Assembly (NCBI GenBank): GCA_902775135.1
Contig: CACYKY010000007.1
Location: 56,751-120,750 of the forward strand
DNA length: 64,000 nt
Direction of reading: 5' to 3'
DNA from: an uncultured Bacteroidota bacterium
GTDB taxonomy: Bacteria > Bacteroidota > Bacteroidia > Bacteroidales > P3
Position 1 is the first letter of the stretch, and each line of letters opens with the position of its first letter. Shown one piece after another: positions 46,793-54,800 of this stretch. The position numbers and the translations under genes are program-made. The notes under the pieces were generated by a model that saw only the letters and a program-made list of their open reading frames with translations, had not been told where the DNA came from and did not search any database.

Positions 46793-49700
46793 TTATCGGA
46801 TGACAACCACCTTGCGGGTGACGAGGTTGGCCACCTTGACCATGTAGGAGCCGGAGACAGGCACGTCAAAGCGGACGGGCTGTGTGGCGTCGGACTTGGT
46901 GGCAAGGACACGACCGTTGACATCGAAGAGGGTCACGTCGAGACCGTAGGACTCGCTGACGACAATCTGACCGTTCTCCACGACGACCTCGACGTTGGTG
47001 ACAACGACGGGATCGAGTTCAGGATTGTAGTGGTCGAAGTTGCCGGGGAGCGGGTTGGAGAAGAAGTCGGGGGTCTCGTCGGCCTCGGAGCAGGGGCGCC
47101 AAGGTTTCATGAGAGCCACGAGGGTGATGTTGGCCTGGCCGGTGTAGTTGAAGGGGTTGGCACGGGAGATGGTGTCGTTGCCGTCCCACCAGCCCATGAA
47201 GGCCCAGCCGGCCTGCGGCAGACGGAGCTCGACGGAGGCGTTGGTGCCGAGGGCGACGTTGGCGGTGCGCTCGATGGTGCCGTTGACGTTGACACCGAAC
47301 TGGAGGGCGCCTTCTTCAGCACCGTTCTCGATGGTGACGTTGACGGTGTAGTGGGTAGGCACGGGCTCGAAGTAGGCGGTCAGGTCGGGATTGACACCGA
47401 GAATGTCGATGAACTCGAAGGAGCGGTCGGCACGGGTGTCGCCATCGCTCCAGCGGACGAAGCGGTAGAGCTGCGGGTTGTTGCTGACGGCGTGGATCTC
47501 GGCCACCTCGCCATAGTAGTAGCGGTCGGTGGCGTTGTGCACGTCGGGCGTGGTGGAGAGGTTGGTGTAGGCGGTACCCATGGTCTCGTCGTTGGAGGCG
47601 ACGGTGACGCGGGCGGTGCGGTCCATCAGGGTGCGCTCGTCCTCATAGGTGATGGAGACGTTGTCGACAGCGGCTGCGGGGGCCACGATGTCGTTGTCAT
47701 CGTCGACGGTCCAGAAGAAGGACAGGCGGTACCAGCCGGGTTCGTTGATGCGGACGATGCGCTCCTTGTACTGCCAATCATCGATAGTGGGATCGAAGCC
47801 ATAGAGGCTGTCGGCCACGAGGATGAGACCCGGGGTTTGGGGATTGAGGTCGATGTAGTTGCCGTCCTCCTTGAAGAGGCCTACGCTGAGGTAGTCGTCG
47901 CTCTCGCCGGCGACCATGTAGTTGAAGCGGATGCGATAGTAGCCTTCGTCGAACTTGAGTTCGGTGTAGATGGAGGCGTCGGAAGCGGCGTCATAGGTGT
48001 TGTGGACACCGTTGTCGTTGGAGACATAGAGGCCCTTGCCGTTGCGGCCGTAGAAGGAGGCGTCGCCGATGACCCACTGGTTGGCACCGGTGGTGGGGCT
48101 AAACCAGCTGGCGTTGTCCTCGGGGTTGTTGAAGTTGAAGTATTCGGCCACCACCTCGGAGGCGCTGGGCGAGCGGCCCCAGATGGGCGAGATGGTCATG
48201 TCGTCGTTGGTGAGGGTGATGGTGCGGGGGTTGTCGGTGTTGCCGTCGCTCCAGGACTGGAAGATGTTGTTGGCGCCGGGAGTGGCAGCGATGGTGTAGG
48301 TGTAGGCCAGGGAGTTGCAGGTGGGGGCGTTGGTGATGGCCACCATACCGCCGGGACGCTGCATCACGATGAGCTGGGGCATGTTGCCACCCTGGATGTG
48401 GGTGAAGCCAGCCCAAGTCATGTTCTCCACGTAGTTGGCGCAGGGCACCGAGACGGTGACCTCGTCCTTGCTCACCGACTGGAAGGCGGCGTCATTGACG
48501 TTGGCGGGGATGCCGAGGAGGTCGATGTGGCGCAGGTTGTCCAGACGATAGAAGGCGTTTTCGCCGATGGTGGTGACGCTGGCGGGGATGGTGATGTTGT
48601 TGATCAGCGTGTCGAAGAAGAAGGCGAAGGGCTTCACCTCAACGGTGCCGTCGGGGATGACGAGCTCGGTGAGGATGGTGCCGTTGACCGAGAGGTTGCG
48701 TGAACGCGACATAGGCTGGGCGTTGGCGTTGGCGAAGCTGATGTTCATCCAGTCGGCGATGTTGCCGTTGAAGCTGGTGAGGACGATATTGTTGGAGTTC
48801 TTGAAGCAGTCGGTGCCGAAGGAGGCGTTGCCGGCGTTGAGGGTCACGAAGTGGAGGCCGGTCATACCGGCGAAGGCCTGAGCGCCCACGGTGGTCACCG
48901 AGGCGGGAACCTCGAGGTTGTAGATGCTGCTGCAGCCGTTGAAGGCATAGCTGCCGATGGTGGTGACACCGGCGGGGAACTCAACACCCGTCAGCGAGGA
49001 GCAACCCTGGAAGAGGCCCTCGGGGATGGTGGTGAGACCTGCGGGCAGGATCACGGAGGTCAGCGCGGAGCAGTTGTGGAAGGCATAGGTACCGAGGTTG
49101 GTGATGCCGTCGTGCAGGGTGACCGAGGTGAGGGCGGAGCAGCCGTCGAAGGCATAGTTGCCGATGGAGGTGACACCTGCGGGGATGGTGATGTCGGTGA
49201 GGCTGGTGCAGTTGCGGAAGGCAGCGTTGGCGATAGCGGTGACCGACGAGGGGATGGTGACGGTGGTGATGCGGTTGCGATAGGCCTCGATGACACCGGT
49301 GACGGTGGTGCGGAGCACGTCGTCGTCATAGGTCAGGTAGTCCTGCATGTCGGGGTTCTCGGCCACGAAGAAGCAGGCGGTGACGGTGGTGTCGGAAGTG
49401 ATGGTGATGGTGAGGCTGGGGTTGATGCTGAGGATCGAGGTGCCCGACATCCAAGCCACGAAGGTGTAGTTGGGGTTGGTACCGGCGTGGGCGTAGAGGG
49501 TGACGGTCTCGCCGTCGGCGTATTCGCCAGCCACGTTGGCGGGCTCAACATGGATGTTGGGGTCGTTGGCGGGGTTGGTGTTGACGGTCAGCAGGTGGTT
49601 GGCGTTCTGGTGGAAGACGGCCTGCACGGTGACATCGGAGGAGATGTTCTCGATGCGGCAGGTGGTGTTGGTGTTGTCCACGCCGTTGACGACCCACTTC

Positions 49701-51601
49701 TGGAAGCGCCAGCCGGGGACCTCGTCGTAGTTGATGACGACGGTGCTACCCTCGGCGATGCCGGTGGTGGTGCCGGGGATGACGGAGAGCTGGTCGGAGC
49801 GGATGGAGCCGTTGCCGGTGACGGAGGTGGTGACGCTGTAGTAGTGGGTCAGGGCTTCCATCTGGGCGGTGAGCTCGGTGTTGGCGTTGATGGTGAAGGT
49901 GTAGGGGTTCTGGGTGGAGACCTCGGTGTTGGTACCGGCGATGGTCCAACGGAGGAAGGTGTAGGCGTTGTTGTCATAGGAGGCCTCGACGGTCACGGAC
50001 TCGCCGTTCTGGTAGTTGCCGGCACCGGTGAGGGTGACAACGGCATTGGCGGGGTTCTTGTAGAGCGCCACGGAGTAGACGGGCGTGTAGACGGGCTCGA
50101 GGGTGATGTCGGCGGTCAGGGTGCCGGTGTAGGGGTTGACGTTGGCGTTGGGATCCTCGACGCCGTTGACTGTCCAGTGCGAGAAGACGTAGTTGGCGCG
50201 GTTGTTGGCGGTGACGGTGAAGGTGGTGCCTTCGTCGTAGCGGCCGTTGACGGGCTGGCTGCTGGCGCTGGTGAGGGTGGCGTTGGTGAGTGTGATGGTG
50301 TGGGTAGCCACGAAGTTGGCCACGATATTAGAATAGTTACGCGAGATACTATTAATAGTATAGGGGTTAGTGGTGGAGGAGAAGTCGCCAGTCCAGTTGA
50401 CGAAGCGGTATTCGCTGTTGGCGACGGCGTTCAGCTCGGGGCTGGAGCCAGCGTCGTAGGTGCCGGCGTTGTTGGCGCCGGTGATATTGACGATACCTGC
50501 TGCGGCGGGATTGGCGCTAGCGGCGATGGTGTAGGGCTCGTGGTGGAACTTGGCCGTAAGGGTACGGTTGCGAAGCACGCTGGAGATGGTGTAGCTGGTG
50601 GAGGTGGTGAGTTGATTATCGCTCTCGTCGTACCATCCGTCGAATACCCAGTTGGTAGCAGCGGCGGTGTTGTAGGTAAAGGCGTTGCCCACCTGAATGG
50701 AGGTGGAGGGGTTGGGGGTCTTGGTGCTGGCGGCCTCCGAGGGGTCGTAGACAGCCGACATGGTGTAGGAGTCGCTGGCGTTGGCGAAGTTAGCGGTGTA
50801 GGTGCGGTCACCTGCGCCGTCGGGCAGAGTGAAAGTGTAGGCAGCATCCGTGCTGACAAGTTCGTCATTGTAGAACCAACCAGCGAAGCTATACTCGTTG
50901 CTGGCGGGAGTAGCCGTCAGGGTAACTTGCGTACGCTCGCGAATAGTCAGCGAGGAGGTGCTGGTATTATGCTCGTAATCCTCAATCTGGACAGTACCAC
51001 GAGCGGGGTTGTTGGAAGCCACCGAGATGGTACGGTCTTGAGGAATATAACGGAAAATTGCAGAATAGGTAAGGTCGGACTGGATATTGGCGACAGTAAG
51101 CGAAGGTGTGTATGCTACAGTAACACCACCTAACTCCCAACGTTCAAATGTATAAGGCGAAGAATAGGTTGCAGTCAATTCTGGATTAGTTCCTTCTGTT
51201 ACCAAACCAGTACCAATAACAGAACAAATCGTATCAGCACCCGCAGGCTCAATAGTTGCAGAAAGATTGTAACGAACAACATCTCTTACAAAATATGCGA
51301 TTAACTCATAATCGCGAGTAATGGTGAACGAAATGCTTTCATCGGTAAAAATGGAACCTTCATCATCTTCCCAATTGGAGAAATGATAACCACTAGCAGG
51401 AAGAGCGGTGAGTGTTACTGTCGATCCACTGGCATACGAACCCTCGCCTGTAACAACACCACCAGAACCATCATCGGGATCAAGATATACGGTAACGCTG
51501 TAAGACTGCGCACTTACTGTGGAAAACGCGCAAAATATGAGCGAATAAAGTCCAAATTTGACGAAGGAGACAAATCTGCTCTTCATATTATTGTTTTTCA
51601 T
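46793..51601 (-). CDS. giant surface protein: Listeria-Bacteroides (InlB B-type) repeats + BspA-type leucine-rich repeats + T9SS type A C-terminal sorting domain
   Basis: 1602 aa. Signal peptide. About a dozen ~75-aa repeats with the G(Y/W).F..W signature. LRR_5 block (IPSSVTAIANAAFRNCTSLTDITIPAGVTSIGNYAFDGCSALTSV...). C-terminal LDVTLFDVNGRVLATK...SGSYMVKV...KVVVIR. Confidence 0.88.
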   Translation of the reverse strand: MKNNNMKSRFVSFVKFGLYSLIFCAFSTVSAQSYSVTVYLDPDDGSGGVVTGEGSYASGSTVTLTALPASGYHFSNWEDDEGSIFTDESISFTITRDYELIAYFVRDVVRYNLSATIEPAGADTICSVIGTGLVTEGTNPELTATYSSPYTFERWELGGVTVAYTPSLTVANIQSDLTYSAIFRYIPQDRTISVASNNPARGTVQIEDYEHNTSTSSLTIRERTQVTLTATPASNEYSFAGWFYNDELVSTDAAYTFTLPDGAGDRTYTANFANASDSYTMSAVYDPSEAASTKTPNPSTSIQVGNAFTYNTAAATNWVFDGWYDESDNQLTTSTSYTISSVLRNRTLTAKFHHEPYTIAASANPAAAGIVNITGANNAGTYDAGSSPELNAVANSEYRFVNWTGDFSSTTNPYTINSISRNYSNIVANFVATHTITLTNATLTSASSQPVNGRYDEGTTFTVTANNRANYVFSHWTVNGVEDPNANVNPYTGTLTADITLEPVYTPVYSVALYKNPANAVVTLTGAGNYQNGESVTVEASYDNNAYTFLRWTIAGTNTEVSTQNPYTFTINANTELTAQMEALTHYYSVTTSVTGNGSIRSDQLSVIPGTTTGIAEGSTVVINYDEVPGWRFQKWVVNGVDNTNTTCRIENISSDVTVQAVFHQNANHLLTVNTNPANDPNIHVEPANVAGEYADGETVTLYAHAGTNPNYTFVAWMSGTSILSINPSLTITITSDTTVTACFFVAENPDMQDYLTYDDDVLRTTVTGVIEAYRNRITTVTIPSSVTAIANAAFRNCTSLTDITIPAGVTSIGNYAFDGCSALTSVTLHDGITNLGTYAFHNCSALTSVILPAGLTTIPEGLFQGCSSLTGVEFPAGVTTIGSYAFNGCSSIYNLEVPASVTTVGAQAFAGMTGLHFVTLNAGNASFGTDCFKNSNNIVLTSFNGNIADWMNISFANANAQPMSRSRNLSVNGTILTELVIPDGTVEVKPFAFFFDTLINNITIPASVTTIGENAFYRLDNLRHIDLLGIPANVNDAAFQSVSKDEVTVSVPCANYVENMTWAGFTHIQGGNMPQLIVMQRPGGMVAITNAPTCNSLAYTYTIAATPGANNIFQSWSDGNTDNPRTITLTNDDMTISPIWGRSPSASEVVAEYFNFNNPEDNASWFSPTTGANQWVIGDASFYGRNGKGLYVSNDNGVHNTYDAASDASIYTELKFDEGYYRIRFNYMVAGESDDYLSVGLFKEDGNYIDLNPQTPGLILVADSLYGFDPTIDDWQYKERIVRINEPGWYRLSFFWTVDDDNDIVAPAAAVDNVSITYEDERTLMDRTARVTVASNDETMGTAYTNLSTTPDVHNATDRYYYGEVAEIHAVSNNPQLYRFVRWSDGDTRADRSFEFIDILGVNPDLTAYFEPVPTHYTVNVTIENGAEEGALQFGVNVNGTIERTANVALGTNASVELRLPQAGWAFMGWWDGNDTISRANPFNYTGQANITLVALMKPWRPCSEADETPDFFSNPLPGNFDHYNPELDPVVVTNVEVVVENGQIVVSESYGLDVTLFDVNGRVLATKSDATQPVRFDVPVSGSYMVKVANLVTRKVVVIR

Positions 51602-51629
51602 AACTATTTATTTTAAGTTATTAATACAT

Positions 51630-53303
51630 TTATCTATTTTTCACAAGACGCACAGAGCAACCATTTCCACGGGATTTTCCTGTTGAAGCGGCGACAGTAG
51701 AACTTGTAAAATGTAAACTATTGGCTTGCATACCAGTCTTATGCGTCGCGGACCAATAGAATCCTAAATCATTAACATCGTTTGTGGAAGTACCATTACG
51801 GTGACCAGCAGCAGGCAGGAAAATAGCACCAGCCATTTCCATCTTATCCCAGTCTTCAAGAGAATAGGTATTTGTTGAGTAGCCTGAAGCAATGCCTGGA
51901 GTGAAAGTGAGACCCGCAGGCAAAGTCCATGACTCCGGCAAAAGAATCAAACCCTTGTATGCGCCATTGATTGTAGCCAAAGCATACTTGCTAGCTGCAT
52001 TTGTGCGACCCGTCAGCAGATAATTCCATTCGTCATCTGTAAGCGTACGCCAAGAAGATAAACCGGAAACGGCAGAACCATAGTATATATCGGCTCCATT
52101 ATAAACACCCCAATCTGAATTGGCATAAGTACCAAGCAGGTCGGCGTCGTTACTGCCACCCGGCTTAAATGTACCAGTCGTTGCATAAGGCTCATAGGCA
52201 GCACCACCACCGCTATTCCAACCGCTCGTTCCCCATCCGAAAAGGTCAATCCAACCTTGATAATATGGGCCAATTCTATTATTACTGATTTCACCTGCAA
52301 CGGCATACTGTGTATTTGCAAATCTAAAACGGCCTGTCATTTCTCCAGAACCAACGTCTTCATATCTTGTATATTGAAGGTTACCAGCAGAGAACCTTAC
52401 TTGAAGTCCCGCGGAAACCTGAAAATAACTTTTGCTGGATCCGTTTGCATAAAATGGAGACTGTCGTTCTGTTCCAAGAGTATAAACATATCCTTTATAC
52501 ATAGTTACAGGAGCCTGTGTCTTACGCTGTACTTGAGCGCCTCCATTATAGGTCCATTCCAAATATAGGGTTGTGGTTACACTGTTGCCTTCAATGGGGA
52601 TGGCCACATACCAATAATCGCTCTCACCTGCATGACGACGAGTCATATACAAGAAATCACCGTTGATGACTCCGCCACCGCCTTGCGCCACACCATTCAT
52701 ATAATTGCCGCTTGGTTCAGTGCTGAGAGTTCTATTCGAGACATTGATGGTACCGGCCGCGGGAATAGCATTTCCATCAAATCCAACCTTGATATAGTCG
52801 TAATTAGCGCCGGCGCCCTTCGTATCGATGCGGAGGATGGCGCAGGCAGGCTGAAGAGAAATGACATAATTGCCATTATTCTCAGCGACTCCGCCCAAAA
52901 TAGCCTTGCATGAAGCAGGATTATCCAGATTATCATTCATATTGAAACGATAGGTGCCGGCGGCAGAATCGTAAGTGCCAACCTCACCGTCAACATAGGT
53001 CACGAGGAAGCGCTCTGCAGTAATAGCCCTATCGCTAGTGGCGTACCATTCTCCTTCACTTTTGGTCATAGAGAACGGATAACCATTGATATAAACGACA
53101 TCACCTTCATCATAGATGAGGTTGGAGGCGGACTCAGAAAACTGCAGATGTACCTTCTGGCCGTTCTCATCGAGGAACTGGGGTGCTTCTATTCTGAAGC
53201 GTTTGGACGAACCAACGGAAGCGTTGCCTTCCTCCTGCCTCTCGCACGAGACGACAAAAAGGCAGGCGAGAGAAGCTAATAAAGCAATACAGATTTTTTT
53301 CAT
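51630..53303 (-). CDS. lipoprotein with C-terminal FISUMP (Fibrobacter succinogenes major paralogous / DUF1566-like) domain
   Basis: Lipobox LACLFVVSC. C-terminus WRTLTDDEWNYLL, GAIFLPAAGHRNG, GFYWSAT, GCSVRLVKN. Confidence 0.8.
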   Translation of the reverse strand: MKKICIALLASLACLFVVSCERQEEGNASVGSSKRFRIEAPQFLDENGQKVHLQFSESASNLIYDEGDVVYINGYPFSMTKSEGEWYATSDRAITAERFLVTYVDGEVGTYDSAAGTYRFNMNDNLDNPASCKAILGGVAENNGNYVISLQPACAILRIDTKGAGANYDYIKVGFDGNAIPAAGTINVSNRTLSTEPSGNYMNGVAQGGGGVINGDFLYMTRRHAGESDYWYVAIPIEGNSVTTTLYLEWTYNGGAQVQRKTQAPVTMYKGYVYTLGTERQSPFYANGSSKSYFQVSAGLQVRFSAGNLQYTRYEDVGSGEMTGRFRFANTQYAVAGEISNNRIGPYYQGWIDLFGWGTSGWNSGGGAAYEPYATTGTFKPGGSNDADLLGTYANSDWGVYNGADIYYGSAVSGLSSWRTLTDDEWNYLLTGRTNAASKYALATINGAYKGLILLPESWTLPAGLTFTPGIASGYSTNTYSLEDWDKMEMAGAIFLPAAGHRNGTSTNDVNDLGFYWSATHKTGMQANSLHFTSSTVAASTGKSRGNGCSVRLVKNR

Positions 53304-53344
53304 AGTATAAATTCTCCTTTCTTTTTCGCTATTAGACCATGAGA

Positions 53345-53623
53345 TTAGAACCAGCCACCGTTAGAATACTGCCATCCGCTGCTGCCGCCGTCACCGGAGT
53401 GATCTTCGTTGCCAGTCATGCCGCCGGCGACAATGCCGCCTCTTCCGATGTCCGTCTGGCCAATAACCATGTGCTGACCCAAATCGTTATTGATGAATTC
53501 ATCGATTTTTTGATGGGTATTAATCACATAGTTGCCCTCGGACCCAGCGAAGCCGCGTTCAGTTCGGAACTCCACCACGGTGAGGGTGGGAGTTTCGTAG
53601 GTTAGTTTGTTTTGTTTTTTCAT
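53345..53623 (-). CDS. small Gly-rich protein without signal peptide (92 aa), first gene of the FISUMP/BspA operon
   Basis: ORF MKKQNKLTYETPTLTVVEFRTERGFAGS...GGIVAGGMTGNEDHSGDGGSSGWQYSNGGWF. A TATCTTTG box lies ~90 nt upstream. Coding status not proven. Confidence 0.55.
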   Translation of the reverse strand: MKKQNKLTYETPTLTVVEFRTERGFAGSEGNYVINTHQKIDEFINNDLGQHMVIGQTDIGRGGIVAGGMTGNEDHSGDGGSSGWQYSNGGWF

Positions 53624-53714
53624 ATCTTTATAAAACGTTTTATATTCCTAACAAATTCATTATCATATACCTATAGCGCAAACCACCCTTTTTGGGGGTA
53701 TACACTACACAATG

Positions 53715-53722
53715 CAAAGATA
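53715..53722 (-). promoter_or_regulatory. Bacteroidota -7 promoter box
   Basis: The minus strand reads TATCTTTG, upstream of ATG 53623. Confidence 0.55.
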
Positions 53723-53769
53723 CGAAGAAATACCGACTTGGCAAATATTTTTTTCAACAGCTGTTGAAT

Positions 53770-54348
53770 TTAACGCTTTTTAAGAGGGGAGTTGGGGGAG
53801 AGACGGTGTGCCTGGCGTACGCGGGTCATTTCTTCTTTGATACCGCCATTGGCAAGAAAATCAGACTTAAGTCGTTCTATCAATCTAAAAAGCAGATAAT
53901 CTGCCTGATGTATCAATATGATGGCAATGTTGGCAATGGTCTCGTCAGAGCGCTGTTCAGCGGCCTGTATATAGTAAGCCGGCTCATTATGAGTAGAGCA
54001 TATTTTGCGAGTCTGTTCCCAGCGTGGATCGCCTTCCGTCCACTGTTGCAACCCCCTCACACGCAAATAGTCTTCATAATCGACAAGCAATTCCTGCAAA
54101 CTTGCTTTAGCCACGTTGGTGAGCTTTATCTCCGTCTCCTTTGAGGTGGCGCTGGCGGCGGAGCCCTCGGCTATATTTTGTTTTCCACTTCGCGCTGCTT
54201 GTACCATCTGGTCGACGGTACGGTCGCCTTTAGAGAGATACGTGTTAGCGAAATAGAAGGTGAGATCGTATATGCACTCAGCTTTCTTGTAAGCCACAAG
54301 ACCCTTATAGTTGCCACGCTGGGGAAGGAATTCGTTGTTGGGGGTCAT
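53770..54348 (-). CDS. four-helix-bundle protein (23S rRNA intervening-sequence-protein-like) with suffix domain
   Basis: 192 aa. AARSGKQNIAEGSA and SLQELLVDYEDYLR are typical of the family. Confidence 0.7.
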   Translation of the reverse strand: MTPNNEFLPQRGNYKGLVAYKKAECIYDLTFYFANTYLSKGDRTVDQMVQAARSGKQNIAEGSAASATSKETEIKLTNVAKASLQELLVDYEDYLRVRGLQQWTEGDPRWEQTRKICSTHNEPAYYIQAAEQRSDETIANIAIILIHQADYLLFRLIERLKSDFLANGGIKEEMTRVRQAHRLSPNSPLKKR

Positions 54349-54401
54349 AATTGTTTTTTTTGGAAAAACGAGGCGTCGGTGGTTTTATTGCACAAAGTGA
54401 G

Positions 54402-54422
54402 TTTTTTTTTTGAAAAAAAAAA
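54402..54422. repeat. T10-G-A10 homopolymer palindrome
   Basis: Read directly (T 54402-54411, G 54412, A 54413-54422). Confidence 0.95.
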
Positions 54423-54423
54423 T

Positions 54424-54513
54424 TTAGGGGCCTTAGGGGCTTTAAGGGCCTTAAGGGCCTTAAGGGCCTTAAGGGCTTTAAGGCCTTTAGGGGCATTAAG
54501 GCCTTTAGGGGCG
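54424..54513. repeat. nonamer tandem array TTARGGGCY (10 units)
   Basis: Read directly. The last units contain the stop and final codons of the 52-aa Cys-rich ORF. Confidence 0.95.
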
Positions 54514-54663
54514 GCTTTTGTGGCAGTTTTGGGGATTGTGGGGGCAGTTGTGGCAGCCGCAGGAACAGCCTCCCCCACCCTTTCCTTTCGTTAGTCGGAT
54601 GATCCGGCGGACGACGAAGAAAAGGGTGACGGCAAGGATGAGGATGACCAAGATGAACTGCAT
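54505..54663 (-). CDS. FeoB-associated Cys-rich membrane protein (52 aa; below ORF-track cutoff)
   Basis: Manual translation MQFILVILILAVTLFFVVRRIIRLTKGKGGGGCSCGCHNCPHNPQNCHKSRP. One TM helix plus a CxCxC..C tail, downstream of feoB as is typical for this family. Confidence 0.75.
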   Translation of the reverse strand: MQFILVILILAVTLFFVVRRIIRLTKGKGGGGCSCGCHNCPHNPQNCHKSRP

Positions 54664-54759
54664 TATTAATTAGTTAATAAGTTAATTAGTTTGCTCCAGC
54701 CCTCTGCGCATCCCCCAGCTAACGTCGCAGGCCGTGTCTCCCTTGGAGCCAGGCAGAAT

Positions 54760-54794
54760 AGTTTATAGTTAATAGTTATGAGTTATGAGTTAAT
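54760..54794. repeat. heptamer tandem array AGTTATG/AGTTAAT (5 units) followed by a T run
   Basis: Read directly. Preceded by AGGCAGA (54751-54757). Lies just downstream of the feoB stop. A related TTAATTAG-type run sits at 54664-54691. Confidence 0.9.
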
Positions 54795-54800
54795 TTTTTT

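Noticed and set aside
46757-51133. 648-aa and 760-aa plus-strand ORFs opposite the BspA-like gene
   Set aside because: The translations are Gly/Val/Asp/Ala low-complexity sequence. The minus-strand frame carries LRR, repeat and T9SS CTD signatures along its whole length.
54345-54578. 77-aa ORF translating to ...PKGLKALKALKALKALKAPK...
   Set aside because: It is a by-product of the 9-bp repeat period keeping a frame open. It overlaps the better-supported Cys-rich ORF in another frame and has no start context.
11774-54794. Whether the short tandem arrays or the 30-bp direct repeat (57431 / 59300) are CRISPR arrays
   Set aside because: The arrays are head-to-tail units of 7-16 bp with no unique spacers. 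The 30-mer has only two copies 1869 bp apart, enclosing a gene. No cas genes are in the window.
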